64,000 nucleotides of DNA from Catajapyx aquilonaris (Eukaryota). Made by a program: the position numbers and the translations under genes. Below the pieces are notes generated by a model. It had not been told where the DNA came from. It ran no database searches and was given only the letters and a program-made list of their open reading frames with translations. Below, piece after piece: positions 1 through 10,600 of the stretch. Position 1 is the stretch's first letter, and each line of letters begins with the position of its first letter. The DNA lies in the NCBI GenBank assembly GCA_000934665.2, contig JYFJ02001399.1, positions 1 through 64,000 of the forward strand, in the 5' to 3' direction.

Positions 1-1474
1 CCTTAATATATTTGATTGAATAATCAAAGCTATCTAGGGTGACCTTCCACCGCGCCAAGCGGCTGGACAGGTACTTGCCGGTCTGAAGAAACTTCAGTGC
101 CATGTGATCTGTCCAGATCACGACATGCGAGTACTCCAAGTACTGCGCATGTTTCTTCAAGGCGAAAATAATCGCCAAGAGCTCCCTATCCGTAGTAGAA
201 TAATTGAGCTCTGGCCCGGTCAACGACCTACTGGCGTATGACAGCGGGACCATTCGACCCTGGTCGTCCTCCTGCATCAGAACAGACCCGATCGCCGAGT
301 TTGACGCATCGCAGAATAGGGCAAAGGGCTTGTCCAGCTGCGGCATGGCCAACTCGGTGCAGTGAATCAGGGCATTCCTAATGTCCTCGAATTCACTTGT
401 ATGCACGTCTTTCCATTCAAAGACTGCATCCTGCTTCAGCAACTTGTACAAGTTGCGAGCGCGACCTGCCAAGTGGTCAACGTGATCTCGGAAATAATTG
501 ACATACCCTAAGAATCGCATGAGCGACTTCTTGTCCGTAGGAACTTGGTAGTTCACTAACGGCTCCGTCTTGGCAGGGTCTGGCTTCACAAAACCATTGT
601 CAATCACAAATCCGAGCAGCTTAATTGTTGCAGTGCACAGCTGCAACTTCTGCGGATGCAAATGCATGCCAGCCCTAGCTAGGGTGGACAACACGTCATT
701 CACGTGTCGCAAATGCGTCTCAAAGTCCGGGCTGTAGACCACCAAGTCATCTGCATAGATGGCGCAGTAGTCAAAAAGCCTGTCCTTTAATATCCGGTGC
801 ATCGTCTGGGAGAATGCCTGTGCAGCATTCTTCATCCCAAAGCAGAGTTTTTTGTAACGAAAAACTCCGCGATGCGTGGATATGCCCACCTTATTGGCAG
901 AGTCGTCTGTTAAGTCAACAGAGTGGTACGCGCTTGACACGTCAAACGTAGAGTACCACCGACTCTCACTCAGGTGGTCAATCACGTCTCTCACTCGAGC
1001 AGTGGGAAACGGATCCAGGTTCACTGTCTTGTAATTCAACCTTCGTAGGTCGATGATCAATCTCAAGGCCTGCTGGGTCTCCTGAGACTCTTCCTCCGCG
1101 CTTTCCAAGCGCTTCTTGGGCACAAAGAAGTAAGGGTGAGTCCAAGTGAACTCATCGTCCCCACGTTCAATGACCCCATTCTCGAGCAACTCCTGCAGAT
1201 GCTCGTCCATCAGCTTCTTTTTAAGAGCTGATGCTGGCCTTGGGTGAGTGATGATCTGTCGTTCATCACTCGTGACAATTTCGTGTTTCAAAACACTAGT
1301 ATTGCCAGGCGCCTTCGTAAACATCGCTGCATGCTTGTGCAGGCGCAGCAGCAGGCGATGCTTATTCTGGGGGGTGAGGTCCGTTCGGTCAACGGCCTCC
1401 TTCAGCCACTTGGGATCCTGCACACTGGACAGGCACTCCCTGGCTCTAGACGTGTGAAGGATGGTGCAGTACGG
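1..1474 (-). mobile_element. pol: Ty3/Gypsy LTR-retrotransposon pol fragment (RT + RNase H), open frame running off the window start
   Basis: Manual minus-strand translation shows no stop from 1474 to 1: ...YFFVPKK...LRLIIDLRRLN...FDVSSAYH...CFGMKNA...CAIYADDLVVYS (RT core), then FALFCDASNSAIGSVLMQ...SYASRSLTGPELNYSTTDRELLAIIFALKKH...WTDHMAL...RLARWKVTLDSFDYSIKYIK (gypsy-type RNase H). An in-frame stop at 1475-1477 bounds it. No gag, protease or LTR is visible upstream. Confidence 0.93.
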
Positions 1475-1587
1475 CTAATTTGGCACTTTCCCATTTCTAT
1501 ATGATTCAATATATTGTAATTGTGCTGTAACAGACGTCTTGAATCTTTTGAGCCGGAATGTTATTATTTGGCCCACTGCACTGTCAT

Positions 1588-1602
1588 ATTATTATTATTA
1601 TG

Positions 1603-1648
<46 letters not shown>

Positions 1649-1662
1649 GTATTAGTATTATT

Positions 1663-1712
<50 letters not shown>
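1588..1712. repeat. (ATT)n microsatellite, probably the tail of a minus-strand retroposon fragment
   Basis: Direct reading. It adjoins ATGGATATCCC, which resembles the GGGGTATCCAT end of SINE tails elsewhere in the window. Confidence 0.9.
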
Positions 1713-2108
1713 GGATATCCCATGATATGCTTTATTGGACCTTTTTATTAGGGTAGCAAACAATAAGAGGTGATCTGTCGGTGATGATGGAGACCCTTAG
1801 TGGAGACCATCGCAGGTGTACCATTATATAACTACTTATTTTTGCCACTGTAATGAGATGTTATAGGCTACTGGTTTGGGCCGTCCCAGATACATCATTC
1901 AAGTCGCTGGCTGACCGGAGAGTAATCAAATGTTGTACTGTTACAGTCATATACTACTGTATACTAACATAGCCCTGCTATAACCGTGACAATTTGGCGC
2001 AATCCGGGACAAATTGGTATCCCGAATGACCCCTGAAAGAATCCGGGACAATGTGTGGATATTCCGGACAGTCCCGGACAATCCGGGACGTCTGGTAACC
2101 ACTTGTGC

Positions 2109-2109
2109 T

Positions 2110-2157
<48 letters not shown>

Positions 2158-2168
2158 AAACAACAACA

Positions 2169-2224
<56 letters not shown>

Positions 2225-2445
2225 CAACAGCAACAACAACAACAACAATAATAATAATAATAATAATAAACAACAGCAACAACAACAACAATAATAATAA
2301 TAATAATAATAAAATAATAATAATAAAAATAATAATAAAAATAATAATAAAATAAACGATAATAATAATGGATACCTCGCGATATGGCTCCTTGAGTCTT
2401 TTAGGGGATGATATTTCCAATAACGGTCTTTAATCATTGCCCGAA
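2109..2445 (-). mobile_element. Compound (AAC)n/(AAT)n microsatellite plus 3' end of a retroposon
   Basis: Reverse complement of 2368-2441 (GGCAATGATT...ATCCCCTAAAAGACTCAAGGAG...GGTATCCATTATT) matches the tail of the SINE at 18309-18639. Confidence 0.7.
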
Positions 2446-2499
2446 AAAAACTACATAAGACTCGGATATCAAAAAACCGCGCAAATCAGTCTGTCCAAA

Positions 2500-3028
2500 C
2501 CGAGTCTGTTGTAGCTAAATACACAGGCCATAGAGTACGTGAGTATGGCGGGACCAGTCTGCTATGACCAAGGATCGGTTGTAGCCGAGGATGTTATATC
2601 CGGATTCAACGTATACATTTTTTGCATGCAAATATTAAATGAAAACGTAAGCATATGCATAGCGGTGAGCGGCAGTTTCCCCCCGCGGCTGGCATCAGCG
2701 CCTCGAGCGGCGTGCAACGGAAGCGTGCCAAACGATTGACATTAGATGACGAAACCTGGTTAAAATAAGCCTTGATAGTACTATATAGTAGGATTAACCT
2801 CTCTCGCGAGGTTGGCAACGCTGCACCAGCTTCTTTTCGCCATCATGTGCGATACTGCACTGCCATGTGGTCCGTTCATCCGTTGGCAGTAGCGGCTGTA
2901 GCCTTTTGCCTTTTCACTGTTGTCTTGGGATCCACGACCGTTGGGTTGTTAGTTTATGTGCCGGTGCAGTATGCCTACATGAGGACCATGCGGACGTTAC
3001 GAATTCGAGGAGTTTAATTTTGAGTAAG
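2500..3028 (+). promoter_or_regulatory. CpG-rich promoter-like island with candidate first exon ending at a GA|GTAAGT donor (3022/3023)
   Basis: Locally CpG-rich in an otherwise CpG-poor gene. Contains CGGAAG (ETS-like) near 2718 and GTTGGCAACGCTG (RFX half-site-like) at 2811-2823, with a consensus donor at 3023-3028. No TIR pair found. Inference only. Confidence 0.35.
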
Positions 3029-4200
3029 TGTTGGTAGCAGACGGCAGCCTAACAGACAGTTTGGTAGACTGCACAAGCACTCATTATGCAATAGAGTAAG
3101 TTGGGGTGTAAGTGCGGCCGGATTTTCATTAGGTGCATGCTACGTACCTTACCTTATTGGCTTTCAAAGTCGCCTATTGCATAACATTCGTCTATGTGTG
3201 TGCCCCGAAAAATAATTAAAATATGCACATGGTGAACAGTATGCTACCACACTCAAAACTTGCCCCATGGTATGGGATGAGTGCGACTGTGGAATTCTCC
3301 CATTAATTGGAAACCCAGTCTGCAGAAGCCATGTGGTAGGGTAAACCATACAGTGATGGCCAGTTTAGTGTATTGGTCTCAGTAATACATGAATATTCTC
3401 ACCGTTTCTTTTCACGTAGATGTTCTAAAATATTTTTCTAATGACTGAGGTTGTCCCCGTTCACATTGCATCAAATTCACACAAATGTATCAGAATGTGT
3501 ATATATATTTAAATGCACAAAATATCCTACCAAAAAGACAGTAATGGCTAACCATCCAGATAGTAATGGCCAGGTGTCAAGATAGTGATGGCCATGGCAG
3601 CAAAACAATAGTCTCGCTACCGTAGGGACCAAAGTAGGGACCCCATCGGTATTAGGAAGGTAGGCCAACTGATGTGAGGTAAAGCCACTCAAAAACCTGT
3701 ACAGGTTGTAAGGAAATATGACTGATTATTTTATTTTGCAAGTATTCGTCACATACAAGAATAGGCTTTGGCCGTTACACACAATAAGATAGGCATATGG
3801 ATTTGCTATTGCTGCGTATTTCCTCCTAAATAATTGCTGTCATTTCTCTCCAAGAATAACTCTCGTGATCATGATACTTAGGCCTACATATGTGGCATTC
3901 AATTTTTTAAAGCCTAACACAATAATGTCCGTGCATGGCCATCACTATGAAACGTCATTAGATGCTGGACAGTCATGGCCATCCTAATGAATTCATACTC
4001 CTGAACAAAGGTACTGGTTTCAATCCCATGCTTCAATAAAGCACCTCCAGACCCAATACTTTCATATACCTCACATTGCTTTCGGGATATTTATGAAACC
4101 AGAAACATACTTACAATGCAAGAAAGTCCTTAAGAAAAAAGTTAACATTTACCAGCTGCATTCCAACATGACCAGGAGGTCTATGTGTCAGATGCCATTA

Positions 4201-4541
4201 ATATATTTTAATATATATCTGGGTAGTGCTTGGCCTCTCGGCATGTAGCACGGACCTTTATTTGTACCATGTACATTTTTGGAACCTAATTATTGAAGCA
4301 CCTGGGCCCACGGGCAGGATGACAGGAGGGGATGTGCAAGGTGCAGTGCTATGTCCTTGTGTGGCCATTTTTAGTGAACACCCCCAGGTGGTTTAGTCTA
4401 TTGGAAATACCGCCCGAGACGAAGCCAGAGGTGACCCTGAACTCTGTACGAGATGAAGGGGGTGTCCCCAGGCGGGATTTGATCCCGGGACCTTAACATT
4501 CATGGGCGGGTACGTTACCGCAGCACCATTTCGCCTCCCCT
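4201..4541 (-). mobile_element. tRNA-headed SINE (head B, tail type 2)
   Basis: 17-bp TSD TGTGTCAGATGCCATTA (4184-4200 / 4542-4558), A/B-box-like head, homologous to 6949-7342. Confidence 0.9.
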
Positions 4542-5198
4542 TGTGTCAGATGCCATTACTGCTCTTACAATACCCGCTGTGGACTGATTTTTGTCCTACT
4601 TCATGCCAGGGACCTCAGATGTCACACCATGATCATTTCTTCATATTATGTCATTACACGGCCTATTTCTTAAAGAACCAAGCTACAGTGGGCCATCACT
4701 GTATGGCGGGCCATCAATTTACCCAATCAGTTGACATTTTATTTTATGTCATTGTGGGCTTGTTAATTCCAGTAACGACATGAATTTATTTTTGGAGTTC
4801 TCTTCCATGTATAGCTACCTGGATTCGAGTTACTTAATTATGAAAAAATGCGAAGCAAAGTAGTGAAAATAAATCGCGAAGTTAGGGTCGAAATTGGGCA
4901 TTTTTTTCATTTCATCACGATAATGACTTGTGAAGTCTGTCCTTCAAAAATGTTCAGAAATTTTAAAAATTAGTGATACATTTTTTATCACTAATTTTTG
5001 AAGGACAGACTTCACACGTCGTCATCGTTCCTAATAAACATTGCTCGGGTTGCATTGCACTAGTGCCACAAAGACACAAACTACCTCTGTCAGCCTGTAT
5101 AATCCGCATAAAAATATACCAAGTGCGGCCCAATGTTTAAAGACCAGCCTGATTATGCCACCAAAACGGAACAAGAACACTGCGATAATACATCTTAA

Positions 5199-6526
5199 CG
5201 CAGATATGACGAGTGTCCCCTATAGGGGACACCTGCACACTTGTTACATTTTAAATTTTTTTTGCGCTGGTTCTTCTGCTGCTAAAGAGCTGGCAGTAGT
5301 GACGGGGGCTTCAGTAGAGTCACAGCTAACAATACAAGTTAAAACCTGCTCAATATTGATTCAGATTTTTAGATACAGGTGTTTGAATTTTGACACAGGA
5401 AATAATGGCTGCACCTTCATGTTCCAAATATGATTAGTATTTAATTTTCAATATTGATTAGCATTATGAGTCAATTTTTGTTTGTAATACTTAGAAAACG
5501 TATGAATGATGATGTCGATGGGGAAATATAGGCATATTTTTTACTTTCCTTGTCTGAGAGTAGTGTTGAAATCTGGTGTCCCCTTGGGAGAACACAAGAG
5601 ACAATTTCACCCACATTTGGACAAGTAAAGTATGTGTGTGGATTTTGTACGCTTTGTTGAACTGTATTTTAACGAATCCATATAATTAAAACGAGATTAC
5701 ATGGCAATTGGTTAACATGGCAACAGTTGCAACAATGCTTGATAGTTTTTGATTGTGACTAAATTACAACCCCTTGTTTGCGCGGCCTGTTTCCATGGTA
5801 ATGCAATCGACACCAATCAATCATTGATGATATTATGACCGAAGCAGTAGTGGTGTAGTGGATATGGTGTCCGACTGCTAATCGGGAGGTCCTGGGTTCG
5901 AATCCCGGAGGCCGGCGATCCTGACCTTGGTTTTCTGTGGTTTCCCAAGGTCACTCCAGGAATAATTTCCGGGATCGTACCGTAATATAGGCCACAGCCG
6001 CTTCCCTCCTTTCCCTGTCCTGGAGGAGATGCGGGTCAGTCGGGGGTTTCTGACCCGCATCTAGGGGGGCCATCTATGGCGAACGGACCCCCCTGGGGGA
6101 CTGCACACGACCCCCAACATGAGAGATTGCACATGCACCAGTGTCCCCCCTTCCTATCCTTACCTTGTCCCTGCACCAGCTACTGTAAAAATAATAAGAA
6201 CAAAAATAAAGGAACGTGTGATATACCCCCAGTTGGGGGTGAAAGCACTACCCCAGTTATTATTATATTATTATTATATTATTATATTATCATTGATGAT
6301 ATTATGATACTATGTATGTTGCCGTCGTAATGTAATCAACAACTGTTATAGCCATATTAGGTTACATTTTCCTACTATCCCATGATTATAGGGAACTGCC
6401 ATTTTCTCGCAAACAAGAATTCAGAAAAATGTTTCATCTCGATTTTTGTGTTTTGGGAACTAATATGAACTAATAGAAACAATAAAGTTCAAACATTCAA
6501 CAAAAACTTTTCCCGGCATATCTGGG
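5199..6526 (+). mobile_element. piggyBac-type MITE (TTAA TSD)
   Basis: TTAA at 5195-5198 and 6527-6530. TIR C[GC]CAGATATG[AC]CG, subterminal palindrome GTGTCCCCTATAGGGGACAC. Empty site visible near 48070. Confidence 0.88.
5838..6288 (+). mobile_element. tRNA-headed SINE (head A, extra core, tail type 2)
   Basis: 19-bp TSD ATCATTGATGATATTATGA (5820-5838 / 6289-6307). A box TGGTGTAGTGG, B box GGTTCGAATCC, (TTA)-rich tail. Confidence 0.92.
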
Positions 6527-6948
6527 TTAACCTCTTACGTACAGTGCCAGAGCAGTTATGCAGCATGATATACAACACTCGTCAAAAATAATGCAAAAGA
6601 TACTTACATACAGGAAAAGTTAAAACTCCTTGAGCATGGCGGCCAATTTTTGTTTATGTTACGAAAGGAAGATTATTGTGCTACTTTTAACAGAGTGGGC
6701 AAAGGTCGTTGTGAATGGTTACGTATATTTTCGATGCTCCTGCCGCCTTGTGCTATATATTAGAAGCAATTTCGCACTTACCCCAACTTACCCTATACAG
6801 GATGTTTATATGGTTCAGACAATTTCCTGCTCACCAAATGATAATTTTATGTAGAAATGTCATAATCACTCGACAACCTTGTTACCATGATAATTGACTT
6901 TTTACCATGTGGAAGATATTTGGATACAACCAACTACATGTCAGACAT

Positions 6949-7282
6949 AGGGGGAGGCGGAGTGGTGCTGCGGTAACGTATGCGCCCACGGATGTTAAGG
7001 TCCTGGGTTCGATCCCAGCCCGGGGACACCCCCTTCATCTCGTGCAGAGTTGAGGGTCACCTCTGGCTTCGTCTCGGGTGGTATTTCCAACAGACTGAAC
7101 CACCCGGGGGAGTTCACTAAAAATGGCCACGTTTAAGACATTGCACTGCACCTTACACATACCCTCCTGTCATCCTGCCCGTGGGCCCGGGCGTTACGTT
7201 ATCAGGTCCTGATGTATACTAATGTATATGAGTAATAAAGGTCCATGCCATATGACTCGTAAGGAGTTCGTGCACTACCCGG

Positions 7283-7342
<60 letters not shown>
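6949..7342 (+). mobile_element. tRNA-headed SINE (head B, tail type 2) with (ATT)n tail
   Basis: 11-bp TSD ATGTCAGACAT (6938-6948 / 7343-7353), B box GGTTCGATCCC. Confidence 0.9.
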
Positions 7343-7344
<2 letters not shown>

Positions 7345-7487
7345 GTCAGACATGTCTAAGATTGCACTTTTTGGGGGTGATGAAATCCTCAGTGTAAAGG
7401 AAACGGGCATGGTACAATATTTATATGAAACTTGTGAAAATTTACATAAATTTTTGATGGTAGCTAACCATGTGAATTCCTCCACAG

Positions 7488-7647
7488 GAAGTTGGTTTCG
7501 TCATGGCCATGGAAGTGGTCACCAGGAAAAACTTGAGCCTATTGAGAAGCATCATAATGACAGTGATTCTCCTGTGGAAACTACCATTGTCAGGAGGCCA
7601 TCACAACCACATAAAATGGCGAAACTTACTCATAAATCATCAAGCAG
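7488..7647 (+). CDS. unc80: unc-80 exon (first visible)
   Basis: CCACAG|GA...AG|GTATGT; SWFRHGHGSGHQEKLEPIEK...HKSSS; phase 1 to 2. Confidence 0.75.
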
Positions 7648-10600
7648 GTATGTAAGATAGGTTATGAAAGATACAGTAAAACTTCTATAAGTCGAACTTC
7701 ACTAAGTCAAAGTTCTCTATAAGTTGAAGAAAATGATGAGCTTGGTTGGTCACAATGTAAAATACTAGGAAATAAACTTCCCTAACTCGAATTTCTATAA
7801 CTCCAAGTTCTCCATAACTCGAAGTGCTGGCAGGGCCTTACCATGGGATATCATTGCATTTTCAGTCTCCCTAAGTCGAAGTTCATGTTGGCGAGTACGG
7901 AAAATTTTCTCAGTTCCCAGCCGAAGGGTTGAGAGTAGGCTACATATACCGAAAGGCTCAATTTCCTGATCTCCATCTACCAGACGTATCGAAAGAAGTG
8001 TTTGACTCGAATGTGACAATTGAATCCTTTAATCGAAGAGTAGGCAAATGTCCATAACAGAGATTTCTTTACAACAAAACAACAAGGAACATTGTAAGTG
8101 TGATAGTGACAGTTATTTTAAAGTTTTGAACACCTTTTGTCGCTGGATATAAAGGTAGGCTTCCTTATAGAGTTATTTGAACCGAAGCAGTTTGGAGTAG
8201 GGGATATGGTGTCCGACTGCTAATTGGGAGGTCCTGGGATCAAATCCCGCGGCCGGCAACTCTGACCGTGGTTTTCTGTGGTTTCCCACGGTCCTTCCAG
8301 GAAAATTCCAGAGTTGCTTCCATAATTAATAGGCCACAGCCGCTTCCTTCCATCCCTATCCTATCCCAAAAAGCACAGTGAAATGAAAGCAAAGAGTTTC
8401 AGGCAAAAACAGAAAAAAAAACTTCCCCCCCTAAAGAGCCGATAGGCTGATAATGGGGTATGAATATTATTATTATAGAGTTATTTGCTTAAAAAGTCCA
8501 AACTTCTCTAACTCGAATCTTCCATAACTCGAAGTTTTTTTCCGTTCCCATAGAGATTCGACTTATAGAAGTTTTACTGTATTTAGGGTTTAATGTCCCT
8601 AGAAATTGGATTAGCGTAGTTTTATTTACAGTCAGATGGGCCTAACATTGCAACGTGCAAGGAAGAGAATGGAAGATCAGCTGACCAAATTTGGGTTTGG
8701 GAAAGGCAAAAGGAAAGATGGCAGTTTTGATGAGGCACCAGGCAAGTAGTTTCAGGGCTGCACGATATCTTTGTTAATTTCTAACCCTGTTGATATCTTC
8801 ATTTGCAAATTCAAGGGTGTTTCAATAAGTAGGGAAAGTGACTTTTTCTTGATTTCTGTTCTGAATATATATTTGAAAGCTGTGTCCCAATACCATATTT
8901 CTGCATATCATAGGCGCACAAAAGAAAGCCACTAAGTCCAGTTGGTATTTTAAATGCTCTATCTCCTGACAAAGTCAAGTCCAGCTACAGTTAGTCCTAA
9001 ACATTTATAAGAAGCCAAGAAGCTAGGATTTTATGTCTTCACTAGCAAGCACAAGGTCAAATCTTTGCTTTGAATTATCTCGAAACATCATTTTTGGACA
9101 TAGTAGATTGCTCTTGTATGTCCACGATATCAACCACTGCATTTGTCATAGTGCCACATCAGTTTTAAAATGGCCCTTACATGATTGTAATTGAGCCAAG
9201 TGTACAGGCAGATGCCACTTCCTCATCCAGTTTTGAATTTTCTTCCCTTGACAAGTCTCTTCTTTGTGTGTCAAAAATGGTCTGACTCGCTTATCATAAT
9301 GTCAGGGCTATCTCCTGATGAATCTCAGGCTTCTAGCTCCTTGCCCAGAGATAACGAATGGCCACACTGCACCTCAAAGGTGAACTCAGTTTCAGATCCA
9401 GTCATAATTATTTTGTTCCTCCTGCATCTGCCAAGCTATACCAACCTATGCAACTAACAAGGGAACGGTCAAGGTCGGACCCCTCCGATTTGGTTGAAAC
9501 TTGCTTGGATGGTCATTCATGTGCGATCGACACAGTTGTGAAAGTTTTAACTGACACTGTCCAGCCGTTTCTGAGATATGAGTGACAGAAACATCCGAAT
9601 TTTGGCCCCGCACATAGAGGTCGGGCGAGAAGGGATGAGTGCAAGGAAGAGCTGATGGTAGTCAAGTGGATAGAGCGTTGGACTTGTGATTTTGCCGGGA
9701 CCAGCGGCTCCCCAATGAGAACAGAAAATTGTCAACACGTCACATTAATGTGAGCTTTGCTAAAATATCGACAGATTCTCAATCGGATTGGGCAGGAGAG
9801 ATTATAAAATGTCATGCATATGATTTTTGATCAGGCTGGAGAGGTTCCATTAAGCAATTTTAGGTACAGAAGCTCTTTATTCACAGTTGACAGAGGTGAA
9901 AGAAAGCAGCTTGACGGTCTCATAATAAATCCGGAGCAAAGAAACAATGGAAAACGAGGGGATGGTGTATGACTGTATGGGATCGAAAAAGGAGGTAATG
10001 GGGGCGGGGGGAATCAAGGTAGAAGGGATTTGGAGCTGGCAGAGCAGCTCCCGGCAAAATCACAAGTTCAACGCTTTATCCACTTGACTACCATCAGCTC
10101 TTCCTTGCACTCGTCCCTTCTCGCCCGACCTCTATGCGCGGGGCCAAAATTCTGATGTTTCTGTCGGTCATATCTCAGAAATGGCTGGACAGTGTCAGCT
10201 AAAACTTCCACCACTGTGTCGATCGCACATGAATGACCCCTCAAGATAGTTTCAACCAAATCGGAGGCGACCGACCTTGACCGTTCCCTTGTAAGTAAAA
10301 ACATATAAAACCACAAGGGTTCTCTCATGTAAAATTATTTTCTGATCTATTCTGATAATTATGTGATGTAAGAAGCGAAACAATTTCACTTTCCCAAATT
10401 AATGAAATGCTCTCTTAGAGTGAAATAGCGCCGATACCCGGCGTTGCCCGGAATAAATGAATGAAGGGATAACACCTACCAGTAGCCCCGTAAAAATTTT
10501 CATGCACAGAGAGCCGCCATGACACTTTTAGGAAGGCCGGGTCCATGGTCATAGACTACTAAGGTCTGGACACTCCCACCTACCCCCTGCTGGGGCGTTT

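Larger units (their letters stand above)
3094..6793 (+). mobile_element. TA-flanked non-autonomous DNA element (G[AG]GTAAGTTGGG termini) inflated by nested insertions
   Basis: TIRs GAGTAAGTTGGGG / CCCCAACTTACCC with TA on each side. Segments 3094-3300, 5032-5198 and 6527-6793 are collinear with the compact copy at 47379-48347. Confidence 0.8.

Noticed and set aside
1244..1504. + strand ORFs
   Set aside because: Antisense shadows of the Gypsy pol frame.
1947..2437. Poly-L/V/I/Y/C ORFs in the ORF track
   Set aside because: Translations of trinucleotide microsatellites.
2956..3022. Frame MCRCSMPT*GPCGR..., read as a possible selenocysteine UGPC motif
   Set aside because: No thioredoxin-like context and no SECIS or downstream exons identified; most likely chance.
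3351..3947. Possible hAT MITE with CAGTGATGGCCA ends
   Set aside because: Only a 12-bp imperfect match and no 8-bp TSD.
5843..5915. tRNA-Ser(GCT) gene (also 8185, 16388, 23970)
   Set aside because: Acceptor stem does not pair, no long variable arm, and each is the head of a TSD-flanked SINE.
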